From Acidobacteriota bacterium (lineage in GTDB: Bacteria > Acidobacteriota > UBA890 > WLXD01): 64,000 bases of DNA. The stretch is from assembly GCA_965205505.1 (NCBI GenBank), contig CBDBHB010000008.1:64001-128000 (forward strand), given 5' to 3'. Below the pieces are notes generated by a model. It searched no databases, was not told the DNA's origin, and was given only the letters and a program-made list of their open reading frames with translations. Positions 47,652-57,160 of this stretch are shown piece after piece (position 1 is the stretch's first letter; the number at the start of each line of letters is the position of its first letter). The translations under genes were made by a program, and so were the position numbers.

Positions 47652-48929
47652 TCATCCCGACGTGCCGCCCGCATCGGACAGTAGCTGTGCAACCTTGGTG
47701 GGCAGTCCGGAGGCGGCGATCTCTACGCGCTCACCGTCGGCGATCCGCCTAAGAGTGTATCGGCCGGCGGCGATCTCATCCGGCCCCACGACGAGCTGCC
47801 AAGCAGCCCCCGAACGTTTGGCCGCCCGCGATTGCGCCTTCTTGTTGCGAGCGTCGTATGCTGCGCTGAGCGTACGCACCCCAGCGGCCCGGAGTCCGTG
47901 CACCAGGTCGTGGGCGACCTCGGTTGAATCCTCATCGAACGCCACGACAAAAACGTCCACGGCGCTACTGTCGGCCTCGTCCGGCATGGCAAGCAAGATA
48001 CGTTCCACGCCAGAGGCGAATCCCGTGCCGGGGCGATCATCTCCTCCCATTTGCGCTACGAGCCCGTCGTATCTACCGCCTCCCAGCAGCGAGTCCTGTG
48101 CACCGAGCGCCTCCGAGGTGATCTCGAAGACCGTCTCCCGATAGTAGTCAAGCCCGCGCACAAGCCGCGGATCGAGGTCATAGTCGACGTGCCAGAGATC
48201 AAGCAGCTGTTGCACGCGTTCGAAGTGTTTGGCCGATCGCGACGATAGCGAATCGTGGATGGTCGGCAACTGGTCGAGGATTGGTTGGCACTCCGGAACC
48301 TTGCAGTCGAAAACCCGCAACGGATTGGTCGCATGGCGCCGATGACAGTCCTTGCATAGACCGTCGAGGTGCTCCGCTTGGGCCCGCACCAGCTCCGCCA
48401 AGTATGTGGCCCGCGTTTCCTGATCGCCCACCGTGTTCAGCGTGAGGCGTGGCCGGCACACGCCGAGCTCGTGTAGCCAACGCATGGCCATCTCCATGAT
48501 CTCGGCATCAACGCGCGGCGACCCCGAGCCGAGCGCCTCGACGCCGATCTGATGGAACTGCCGGTAGCGACCCTTCTGAGGACGCTCGTAGCGAAACATC
48601 GGGCCCACGTAGTAGAAACGGTCCATGGAGAGACCCTGCCCGAGGCCATGTTCCAAGTAGGCGCGAATGACCGGTGGGGTCCCTTCGGGACGAAGCGTAA
48701 GGTCGTTTCCACCGAGATCCTCGAAGCGGTACATCTCCTTCTGCACGATGTCGGTGGCCTCACCGGTCCCCTTCAAGAACACCGCACTGTCCTCGAAGAT
48801 CGGCGTGCGCAATTCCCGGAAGCCGTAGAGCGCGAACGTCTCGCGTGCAGCAGACTCGACGCGTTGCCAGCGCTCGACCTCGCCGGGCAGGATGTCCCTA
48901 GTGCCGCGGATCGCCTTCAGGCTCACCAT
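47652..48929 (-). CDS. hisS: Histidine--tRNA ligase
   Basis: RGTRD, KEMY, LRPEGT, FRYERPQKGRYRQF, LVRGLDYY, GGGRYD. Confidence 0.96.
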   Translation of the reverse strand: MVSLKAIRGTRDILPGEVERWQRVESAARETFALYGFRELRTPIFEDSAVFLKGTGEATDIVQKEMYRFEDLGGNDLTLRPEGTPPVIRAYLEHGLGQGLSMDRFYYVGPMFRYERPQKGRYRQFHQIGVEALGSGSPRVDAEIMEMAMRWLHELGVCRPRLTLNTVGDQETRATYLAELVRAQAEHLDGLCKDCHRRHATNPLRVFDCKVPECQPILDQLPTIHDSLSSRSAKHFERVQQLLDLWHVDYDLDPRLVRGLDYYRETVFEITSEALGAQDSLLGGGRYDGLVAQMGGDDRPGTGFASGVERILLAMPDEADSSAVDVFVVAFDEDSTEVAHDLVHGLRAAGVRTLSAAYDARNKKAQSRAAKRSGAAWQLVVGPDEIAAGRYTLRRIADGERVEIAASGLPTKVAQLLSDAGGTSG

Positions 48930-49759
48930 CGCCTCCTTACCCGGATCAGCTCCCCGACCTCGACTTCGTGGGTTCGGCCATCGACAACGACCCTGAGTCC
49001 GCCGCTCGAGGAGAGACCCGCACAGCGGCCATGGAGCAGGCCATGGTGAGTACAAACGTCGACCAGGCTGCCCACCGCCGACGGCGCCAGCATCAGCCAG
49101 CGATCGATTACCGCCGGCAGGCCGGCATCACGAGCAATGTCGTCCCAGCGTTGCATACCGGTCATGAGCCGTACCAGCAAGCCCTCGCGATCGATCGAAT
49201 GGCCAGCCAGGAGTCGTGCGCTGGTGGCACCGCTCAGCTCGTCGGAGAAATCGGCGCGTCTCTGGTTGACGTTGACGCCGAACCCACACACGAGGAAATC
49301 CAGTTCCGGCCCTATCGCCTCGCCCTCGACAAGCACTCCGGCGATCTTCTGACCGAGGCAATAGCAGTCGTTCGGCCAGAGAAGCTCCGCGGCGTGCGGC
49401 TGGACGTGCGCAAGGGCTTCAGCAACAGCGATGCCGGCGGCCAACTGCACCGCGGCAGCGTAGTCGACCGAAGGCGTCGGCGGACGCAGCACCACCGACG
49501 CGTAAAGCCCCAACCCCGCGGGAGACTCCCAATGACGCCGACGGCGGCCACGGCCAGCCGTCTGCTCCTCGGCGAGTACCAGAGTTCCATCACCGGCGCC
49601 GGCGCGGCCGAGCTCACGTGCCACGGTGTTCGTCGACGCTACCGTCTGGTGAGCCACAACATCGCGAGCCATACGGGACGGCGCCGCCAGGTCCCGAAAC
49701 CGCGCCACGTCCAGGGGTCGGCTGGTTGGCGCGCTGGCCGTACTCATCGCAACCCTCAC
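48923..49759 (-). CDS. birA: Biotin--protein ligase
   Basis: STN, EEQTAGRGR, W.SP, WPND, KIAGVL, GVNVN. Confidence 0.9.
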   Translation of the reverse strand: MRVAMSTASAPTSRPLDVARFRDLAAPSRMARDVVAHQTVASTNTVARELGRAGAGDGTLVLAEEQTAGRGRRRRHWESPAGLGLYASVVLRPPTPSVDYAAAVQLAAGIAVAEALAHVQPHAAELLWPNDCYCLGQKIAGVLVEGEAIGPELDFLVCGFGVNVNQRRADFSDELSGATSARLLAGHSIDREGLLVRLMTGMQRWDDIARDAGLPAVIDRWLMLAPSAVGSLVDVCTHHGLLHGRCAGLSSSGGLRVVVDGRTHEVEVGELIRVRRRW

Positions 49760-52434
49760 CCGCCGATCGCGGAGAGGCGCTCTTCGAGCCGCTGCCGCTC
49801 GGCAATTAGCTCGGCCTGTCGTTGCCGCGACTTCGCCACCACCTGCTCCGGCGCCTTGGCCAGGAAGCCCTGATTGGTCAGTCGCCCGTCGATCCCCGCA
49901 AGCTCGCCGATGGCCCGGTCCAGTACCTTCTTGAGGCGCGCTCGCTCGCGTGCGAGATCGACATCCTCGAGAGGAATCAGTACCTGGATGTCGCCGACCA
50001 CACCAACGACGCGGTCAGCGACCGGATCATCATCGGCAACAATGCGAACCTCCTTGCAGCCCGCCAAGCTGCGGACCAACGACTCCGCCGCTGCGAGCTC
50101 GTGGCGACGCTCTTCGGACTCCGCGATCAGCACCAGCTGAATCTTCTTCCGTGGCTCGACACCGATCTCGGCGCGCAGCCGGCGCACCTCGGTCACGACA
50201 CCCTGCACCGTACGAACGGCCGCTTCCACGTCGTCGTTGCGCCACTCATCCTGGGCCGCAGCAAATGGCGCGAGGGCCAGTAGATCTCGGTCTCCCGGCA
50301 ACCGGCTCCAGAGCTCCTCGGTAAGAAACGGCATCACTGGATGGAGCGCGCGCAGCACGATCTCGAGCGTTGCCAGGAGGGTCGCCCGCGTCTCGCGTCG
50401 AGCGTGAGGCTCGTCAGCATTGAGTGCCACCTTTGCCATCTCAAGGTACCAGTCGCAGAACTCGTGCCAGATGAACTGGTAGAGCCCTTGCGCCGCCTCA
50501 TCGAAACGGAACTTGGACATATCGCGCTCGAAGCGCTCCACGACGCTGACGGTGCGCGACAGGATCCAACGATCCGGCAAGCTCGTGGCGCTCGGGTCCG
50601 CGGCATCGGCGCTCGCTTGCAACGCCCCTGCACCGTCACCGAGATTCATCAGGCTGAAGCGCGTCGCATTCCATAGTTTGTTGGCGAAGGCGCGATAGCC
50701 GGCAACGCGCTCCTCGGAAAAGACGAGATCAGTGCCGGGCGTCGTCGAGGCCACGAGCATGAAGCGCAACGCGTCGGCACCGTACTTGTCGACGATCTCC
50801 TGCGGATCGACGCCGTTGCCACGCGATTTGCTCATCTTGACGCCATCGGCGTCGCGAATCAGCCCGTGCAAGAACACGTCCTTGAACGGCGGCTCACCCT
50901 GGAAATGAAGCCCCATCATCACCATACGAGCGACCCAGAAGAAGAGGATGTCGTAGCCGGTGACCAGCACGTCGGTCGGGTAGTAACGGCGCAGATCGAC
51001 GGTGTCCTCAGGCCAGCCCAAGGTGGAGAAGGGAAACAGCCCAGAGGAGAACCAGGTGTCTAGAACATCCGGATCCTGGCGTAGGCCGAGGGCGGGATCG
51101 GGCTCCTCGAGCGTGACGATGATCTCGCCGGTGGCATCGTTGTGCCAGGCCGGGATGCGATGGCCCCACCAAAGCTGGCGCGAGATGCACCAGTCGCGGA
51201 TATTGGTCATCCATTCGCGAAATACTTTGAACTGGCTCTCGGGGTGAAATCGCACCCGCCCGTCTTGCGCCGCCGCCAGCGCCGCCTCGGCAAGCGGTGC
51301 GGTCTTTACGAACCACTGGGTCGATATCTGTGGCTCGATGACGGCCCCGCTACGCTCGCTGTGCCCCACAGCATGCCTGTGGGCGCGCTCGCCCATCAGC
51401 AGCGAGTGCTCGCGTAGATGCTCGAGGATACGTTCACGAGCCTCGAAGCGGTCCATCCCCGCATACGGACCGGCGCTATCGGTCATGCGGCCGTCGAAGC
51501 CGATGACCTGAATGCTCTCCAGCTCGTTGCGCTTGCCGATCTCGTAGTCATTGGGATCGTGGGCTGGCGTTACTTTCACCACGCCCGTACCGAACTCCGG
51601 ATCAACGACCGTGTCCGCAATGACGCGAATCTCACGGCCGAGTAATGGCAGCACAGCCGTACGACCGACGGCGGCGGCATAGCGAGCGTCGCTGGGGTGG
51701 ACCGCCAACGCGGTGTCGCCGAGCATGGTCTCTGGCCGCGTCGTCTCGACCTCCAGCCAGTCGCGCCCCTCACCCTCGGGATCGGGTGTCAGCGGGTAGC
51801 GGATCTTCCACAGCTTCCCGTCGACCTCTTCGTGCTTCACCTCGAGATCGGAGATCGCCGTCTGGTCGTGCGGACACCAGTTGACCATGTACTCGCCGCG
51901 ATAGATGAGGCCCTGTTCGTAGAGGTCCACGAACACCCTCCGTACGGCTTTCGACATGTCCGGGTCGAGGGTGAAGCGTAGTCGCGACCAGTCCACCGAG
52001 AGTCCCAAGCTCCGCATTTGATCGAGAATCCTGCCGCCGTACTGCTCCTTCCACTCCCAGACACGCTTCTCGAAAGCGGCGCGTCCGATCGAGCGCCGCT
52101 CGACACCTTCACTCAGCAGTGCCTTCTCGACCACGTTTTGGGTGGCGATGCCTGCATGATCGGTGCCCGGGAGCCAGAGCACGTCAAGCCCGTGCATGCG
52201 CTTCCATCGCGCCATGACGTCCTGAAGAATCTGATCGAGCGCGTGCCCCAGGTGCAGGACCCCGGTAACATTGGGCGGCGGTATCACCATCGAGAACTTG
52301 GCCGCCCCGGAGTGGGGATCGGCGCGGCCGATCTCGGCCTCCTCCCAGGCGACTCGCCAACGCTCTTCGACCGCCTCAGGCTCAAAGCCCTTCGGCATGT
52401 CTTCGCTGATCGATGGTGCAGCTGTCCTGTCCAT
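49756..52434 (-). CDS. valS: Valine--tRNA ligase
   Basis: PPPNVTG.LHLGH, DHAGIATQ, TTRPET, DWCISRQLWWGH, DTWFSS, KMSKS, C-terminal coiled coil. Confidence 0.96.
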   Translation of the reverse strand: MDRTAAPSISEDMPKGFEPEAVEERWRVAWEEAEIGRADPHSGAAKFSMVIPPPNVTGVLHLGHALDQILQDVMARWKRMHGLDVLWLPGTDHAGIATQNVVEKALLSEGVERRSIGRAAFEKRVWEWKEQYGGRILDQMRSLGLSVDWSRLRFTLDPDMSKAVRRVFVDLYEQGLIYRGEYMVNWCPHDQTAISDLEVKHEEVDGKLWKIRYPLTPDPEGEGRDWLEVETTRPETMLGDTALAVHPSDARYAAAVGRTAVLPLLGREIRVIADTVVDPEFGTGVVKVTPAHDPNDYEIGKRNELESIQVIGFDGRMTDSAGPYAGMDRFEARERILEHLREHSLLMGERAHRHAVGHSERSGAVIEPQISTQWFVKTAPLAEAALAAAQDGRVRFHPESQFKVFREWMTNIRDWCISRQLWWGHRIPAWHNDATGEIIVTLEEPDPALGLRQDPDVLDTWFSSGLFPFSTLGWPEDTVDLRRYYPTDVLVTGYDILFFWVARMVMMGLHFQGEPPFKDVFLHGLIRDADGVKMSKSRGNGVDPQEIVDKYGADALRFMLVASTTPGTDLVFSEERVAGYRAFANKLWNATRFSLMNLGDGAGALQASADAADPSATSLPDRWILSRTVSVVERFERDMSKFRFDEAAQGLYQFIWHEFCDWYLEMAKVALNADEPHARRETRATLLATLEIVLRALHPVMPFLTEELWSRLPGDRDLLALAPFAAAQDEWRNDDVEAAVRTVQGVVTEVRRLRAEIGVEPRKKIQLVLIAESEERRHELAAAESLVRSLAGCKEVRIVADDDPVADRVVGVVGDIQVLIPLEDVDLARERARLKKVLDRAIGELAGIDGRLTNQGFLAKAPEQVVAKSRQRQAELIAERQRLEERLSAIGG

Positions 52435-52615
52435 GAATCTCGATCGAGGGTCGGGCGGGGGAACCGCCTGGAGGTGTGCGAACTGGGGCCTGGCAGGCCA
52501 TACCGGCGATTCAACTGAGATAGGCAATCAAAGCGCGACGTCGGCGACCTGTCAATGTACCCACAGCGGTGCGCCTGGCAGGTCGGCGGCCGCCGAGCCC
52601 CCTATAATCCGGCCG

Positions 52616-53407
52616 ATGGTGATCGCCAAGAAGAAATGGGGGCAGCACTGGCTGGCGAACGACGCCCTGGCCGAGACTCTCGCGACGGCGGTCAGTGTGC
52701 GTCCTGGCGAGACCTTCCTCGAGATCGGGCCCGGAACCGGGCGCCTCACCGGCGCGCTGCTGCGCCACCAAGCAAGGGTGGTCGCGGTCGAGGTAGACCC
52801 TGAGTGCTGCGAAGAGCTGCGGCAGCGCTACGCTGGCGCAGCTCTCACCTTGATTCAGGGCGACGCGCTGGCGATCGATGTGGAGTTACCGTGGCAAACG
52901 AACCCGCTACGCCTGATCGGGAACCTGCCCTACAACCTCAGTGGACCCTTCTTGCGGTGGACGGCGACGCATCGGACCGACATCGTTGATGCTCACTACA
53001 TGCTGCAACGTGAGGTTGCTGATCGTGCCGCAAGCGCGCCGGGAACCAAGTCCTACGGCGTGCTGTCTGTGCGTACGCAATGGGAGTTCGAGGTCAACGT
53101 GGTCAAGCGTTTGACCGCCGGCTCCTTTCGCCCGATGCCGAAAGTCGATTCGGCCTTCGTACGACTGACCCCGCGCCCCCTCTCGGAGGCACCGAAACCA
53201 TCGGAGCACGAGATGCGAACGCTGCAAGCGGGGTTCGCGCATCGCCGCAAAACACTCGTGAATGGGCTGGTGCACGCCAGTTGGAACGCCGAGGCGGTCG
53301 CCGAGGCATGCCTCCAGATCAGCCTACCCAGCGGTGCGCGCGCTGAAACGCTCGCACCTCACCAGTGGCGCTCGCTCGCCGCGACGCTGCCGTTCCTGCC
53401 ACGATGA
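52616..53407 (+). CDS. rsmA: 16S rRNA m6,2A1518/1519 dimethyltransferase
   Basis: KKKWGQH, LEIGPGTG, VEVD, GNLPYN, MLQREVADR, F.P.PKVDS, HRRKTL. Confidence 0.93.
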   Translation: MVIAKKKWGQHWLANDALAETLATAVSVRPGETFLEIGPGTGRLTGALLRHQARVVAVEVDPECCEELRQRYAGAALTLIQGDALAIDVELPWQTNPLRLIGNLPYNLSGPFLRWTATHRTDIVDAHYMLQREVADRAASAPGTKSYGVLSVRTQWEFEVNVVKRLTAGSFRPMPKVDSAFVRLTPRPLSEAPKPSEHEMRTLQAGFAHRRKTLVNGLVHASWNAEAVAEACLQISLPSGARAETLAPHQWRSLAATLPFLPR

Positions 53408-54210
53408 GCGCCACCGGGCCGGCGCTGGGCACTGCCATCCTCCTCGGGATCCTCCAGGGCCTGACCGAGTTCTTGCCGATATCCAGCAGCGGTCACCTGG
53501 GAGCCGCACAACTGCTGTTTCCCGACACGGCGTATCCCGGTGTCACCCTCGAGCTTGCCACCCATCTGGGAACGACGGTCGCGGTGTTGTTCTACCATCG
53601 AGAACTTGTTTCAGGCTTGTTCCGTCACCGGCCGGGGGCAGCCCTCCTGGGCATCGAGCGCTCGCAGTGGTGGCTCCTACTCCTGGTTGGCAGCTTGCCG
53701 ACCGCCATGCTCGGACTCCTGTTACGCGATGCCGACTACGCTGCGTTCGGCAGCCTGCATGCGATCGCCGCGGCCTTCTTGGTGTCCGGTGCGTTCTTGA
53801 TGGCCTCGCGTCTGCAACCACGCACCGATCGACAGATCACCTGGAGAACTGCCCTATTGATGGGCATCGTGCAGGGGTTCGCTATCTTCCCTGGCCTTTC
53901 GCGTTCCGGCTTGACGATCAGCGTGGCGCTGCTGGCCAAGGTGCGGCCGGCGCATGCGGTCACCTTCTCGCTTCTCATGTCAGTCCCGGCGATCCTGGGA
54001 GCGACAGTGCTCGACGCTGTGCAATCGAGTCTCTCGTCGGCCCCCGCCGCGCTCTTGTCCAGCCATATACTCTTTGCTACTCTTGCGGCCGGGCTCGTTG
54101 GTTACTTTTGCATCGGGTTCGTACACCGCGCTGCCCGGGTTGGCTGGTGGTACCGTTTCGCATGGTACTGTTGGCTCGGAGCGCTGGTGTTGCTCGCGGC
54201 CGCGCGTTAG
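53404..54210 (+). CDS. uppP: Undecaprenyl-diphosphate phosphatase
   Basis: QGLTEFLPISSSGHL, HLGT, PGLSRSG.TI, FSLLMSVPAILGA. Confidence 0.93.
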   Translation: MSATGPALGTAILLGILQGLTEFLPISSSGHLGAAQLLFPDTAYPGVTLELATHLGTTVAVLFYHRELVSGLFRHRPGAALLGIERSQWWLLLLVGSLPTAMLGLLLRDADYAAFGSLHAIAAAFLVSGAFLMASRLQPRTDRQITWRTALLMGIVQGFAIFPGLSRSGLTISVALLAKVRPAHAVTFSLLMSVPAILGATVLDAVQSSLSSAPAALLSSHILFATLAAGLVGYFCIGFVHRAARVGWWYRFAWYCWLGALVLLAAAR

Positions 54211-54256
54211 GGGCGAAAGCCGGCCGAGACCGACGTACTGACATCGAGGTCAGACA

Positions 54257-56665
54257 TTGGCTCGGACACGCACGGCTCAGACACAGGCGGCTCGCGCTAC
54301 CACGGCCCGTAAGCGAGCGACACGCAAAGCGCGCCGATCCCACGCCAAGAGTCGGCATCCGAGCCGCCGAGGTGAGTTCCTCGGCATGATCATGCTCGCA
54401 GCGACCACCTTCCTGCTCGTGTCGCTGTACTCATACGACGCCGCCGACGGAGACCTGTTCATCCACATCGCCGGCGACCCGCCCAAAAACCTCGGCGGCA
54501 CCGTTGGCGCTACGTTCGCGGCGCTCGCTTTCCAGATGTTGGGCATCGGCGCGTGGGTCGGAGTCGCGACTTGCGGAACCCTGGGCTGGTGCCGCATTCG
54601 AGGGGAACACATTCCCGCAGTGATCACCAAGACCATCGGGTTGGTCACATTCGTAGGCTTCGGTTGCATTCTGGCGCACTACGGACTCGGGGATGTTTGG
54701 CTCGGTGGACGCCCCTCGCCCGCTGGCGGGTTGCTCGGCGTATCTGGTGGCCATACGTTGCTGGGGGCGTTCGGATCGGTTGGGGGTCCGCTGGTGGCCG
54801 CCACGGCATCGCTGTTGGCGCTGATCGCCGTTACCAAGCTATCGCTCGCTCGCGGCGCGGTCGTGCTGTGGTCGACATGTACGGCCGGCATCAGGCAGGC
54901 GCGTACGACAACAGCGCGCTGGAGGGAACGGCGCCGCAAGACACGTCAGCGTCGCACGGTGATCAAGAAGTACGCTGCCCGGCACGTCGACGAAGAGATC
55001 GAGACAATATCGACAGTCACCGACTCGGGTGCTCTGCTGACATTGCGCGTCCCGGTCAATGCCACCCGCCTGGGAGCACCGGTTCCTGAGCTCTTGCTCG
55101 ACCCCGACGCCGGGCTTGAAGCCAACGCCGATACCGGCATGCCGCGAATCGAGCTCACCGAGCCGAGCGCGTCCGCGGCGCTGCCGTTCGAACAGCCGGC
55201 CGGCCCCGATGGCGACTACGCCCTACCGGAAACCGAGCTACTGAATCAGTCTGAAGCCGGCCAGGCAATCGACCAGAAAGAGCTGATGGAGAAGGCCAAA
55301 GCCATCACCTCCAAGGCGGCTGAGTTCCGCGTCACCGGCGAGGTGGTAGCGATCCACCCCGGCCCGGTGGTGGCCACTTTCGAGTTCCGGCCTGGCACCG
55401 GCGTCAAGTACAGCCGCATAACCAACCTTGAAGATGACCTCAGCCTGGCGCTCAAAGCCGAGTCGATCCGTATCGCCCGTCTACCCGGCAAGGCCACTGT
55501 CGGCATTGAGGTGCCCAACAACGACCGCGCCACAATCGGTTTCCGCGACATCATCGAGTCGGCCGAGTTCCAAGGCTCTAAGTCAAAGCTCACGTTAGCG
55601 CTCGGCAAGCAGATCCACGGTGAGACGACGGTCACCGACCTCGCACGCATGCCGCACCTGCTTATCGCCGGCACGACCGGTGCCGGCAAGAGCGTGGCGC
55701 TCAACTGCATGCTGTTGAGCTTGCTCTACAAGGCCACGCCCGACGAAGTGAAGGTCGTGCTGATCGACCCCAAACGCCTGGAATTCGGTCTCTACAAGGA
55801 CATCCCGCATCTGCTCACGCCCGTCGTTGTCGAGCCCAAGTTGGCCGCCAACGCGCTGGCCTGGGCTGTGCGAGAGATGGAGCAACGCTACAAGCTGCTG
55901 GCGGAGTACGGCGTACGTAGCGTCGATCAGTTCAACCTGATCCTCAAGCGCGGGGGCCGGGAGCTAGGCGACATAGACGAGGCTGCCGAAGAGCTCAAGC
56001 CCCTCCCCTACATCGTGGTCATCATCGACGAGCTCGCCGATCTCATGATGACCTCTTCGAACCTTGTCGAGGAAGCGATCATCCGACTGTCGCAAATGGC
56101 GCGAGCGGTCGGCATTCACCTGATTCTGGCTACTCAGAGGCCCTCCGTTGACGTGCTCACCGGCGTCATCAAGAACAACCTGCCGGCGAGAATGAGCTTC
56201 CGCGTCGCTTCACGGATCGACTCGCGAGTGATTCTCGACACGCACGGGGCCGAGACCCTGCTCGGGCACGGCGACATGCTCTTCCTGGCACCCGGAACGT
56301 CCCGACTGTCTCGAGTACACGCCGCTTTCGTTACCGAGCAGGAGGTAAAGTCGGTAGTCGCCTTCTGGCGCGATCAAGCGCGTCCGACCTACTCGACTGA
56401 GGTTACCCAGGCACCCCCGGCGTCGGCTGGCAGGGGCAAGGGCGCAGATCCGTCGGCGCGCGACGAGTTCTTCGCTGACGCCGTGCGCGTCGTGGTAAAT
56501 GCCGGCGAGGCCTCAGTCTCCAACATTCAGCGCAAGCTCAGTCTCGGATACGCGCGCGCCGGTCGCATCATGGACATGATGGAAGTGGAAGGAATCGTCG
56601 GACCGCCGAGTGGCTCGAAACCCCGCAGGGTGCTGGTGGACTCGAGCTATCTGGCGTCTCTCTAG
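54257..56665 (+). CDS. ftsK: DNA translocase FtsK (4TM)
   Basis: N-terminal TM domain, GPVV, MPHLLIAGTTGAGKS, IIDELADLM, ATQRPSVDV, gamma domain IQRKLSLGYARAGR. Confidence 0.95.
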   Translation: MARTRTAQTQAARATTARKRATRKARRSHAKSRHPSRRGEFLGMIMLAATTFLLVSLYSYDAADGDLFIHIAGDPPKNLGGTVGATFAALAFQMLGIGAWVGVATCGTLGWCRIRGEHIPAVITKTIGLVTFVGFGCILAHYGLGDVWLGGRPSPAGGLLGVSGGHTLLGAFGSVGGPLVAATASLLALIAVTKLSLARGAVVLWSTCTAGIRQARTTTARWRERRRKTRQRRTVIKKYAARHVDEEIETISTVTDSGALLTLRVPVNATRLGAPVPELLLDPDAGLEANADTGMPRIELTEPSASAALPFEQPAGPDGDYALPETELLNQSEAGQAIDQKELMEKAKAITSKAAEFRVTGEVVAIHPGPVVATFEFRPGTGVKYSRITNLEDDLSLALKAESIRIARLPGKATVGIEVPNNDRATIGFRDIIESAEFQGSKSKLTLALGKQIHGETTVTDLARMPHLLIAGTTGAGKSVALNCMLLSLLYKATPDEVKVVLIDPKRLEFGLYKDIPHLLTPVVVEPKLAANALAWAVREMEQRYKLLAEYGVRSVDQFNLILKRGGRELGDIDEAAEELKPLPYIVVIIDELADLMMTSSNLVEEAIIRLSQMARAVGIHLILATQRPSVDVLTGVIKNNLPARMSFRVASRIDSRVILDTHGAETLLGHGDMLFLAPGTSRLSRVHAAFVTEQEVKSVVAFWRDQARPTYSTEVTQAPPASAGRGKGADPSARDEFFADAVRVVVNAGEASVSNIQRKLSLGYARAGRIMDMMEVEGIVGPPSGSKPRRVLVDSSYLASL

Positions 56666-56719
56666 ATTCCCGCAAACGGAGGTTCGTTGCGTATTGCCGG
56701 GGCGAGATAGCGCGGGCAA
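56662..56719 (+). repeat. Degenerate type C end of the CTAG element family at the ftsK stop
   Basis: CTAGATTCCCGCAAACGGAGGTTCGTTGCGTATTG versus TTAGTGTCCTGTAACAGAGGTTCGTTGCATATTG (20197); shared GAGGTTCGTTGC.TATTG, followed by CCGGGGCGA as in the module stems. Confidence 0.65.
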
Positions 56720-57160
56720 TCAGCCGTCGTTGCTTTCGGCAGACAGGCTCTTCACCAACGAGATACACGTGCCCCCACCGTCCGGGAACGAGAAGCTCAC
56801 CTCGTCCATGAACTGGCGCATGAGGTAAACGCCGCGACCGCCTTCGCTGAGCAGGTTCTCGGCCGACAAGGGGTCGCCCAGTGCTCCTGGGTCGAAACCC
56901 TCGCCTTGATCGCACACCGATATCTCGACGCGGCCGTCGCCGAGCCGATAGTCCACGCTGACGGCGGTATCGGGGCGCTCCTTGTTGCCGTGCAGGACAG
57001 CATTCATCACTGCCTCCCGGACCGCCAGGACTGGCCAGTACGCCTCCTCGTCGTCGAAGCCGGCCATCGTGAAGATGCGCTCGGAGAACGCCTGCAGAGG
57101 ATCGATCCACTCGCGCCGGCTGCCGCATCGGACTGTCACGTTCATTTTCTTGACCGCCAT
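56720..57160 (-). CDS. Anti-sigma factor Ser/Thr kinase-like ATPase (RsbW/SpoIIAB type)
   Basis: LAVREAVMNAVLHGN, DQGEGFD, EGGRGVYLM...MDEV, GT. Confidence 0.88.
   Translation of the reverse strand: MAVKKMNVTVRCGSRREWIDPLQAFSERIFTMAGFDDEEAYWPVLAVREAVMNAVLHGNKERPDTAVSVDYRLGDGRVEISVCDQGEGFDPGALGDPLSAENLLSEGGRGVYLMRQFMDEVSFSFPDGGGTCISLVKSLSAESNDG

Noticed and set aside
52435-52560. T-box leader upstream of valS
   Set aside because: Too short, with no T-box sequence or terminator; only a possible TTGACA-17-TTTGAT promoter.
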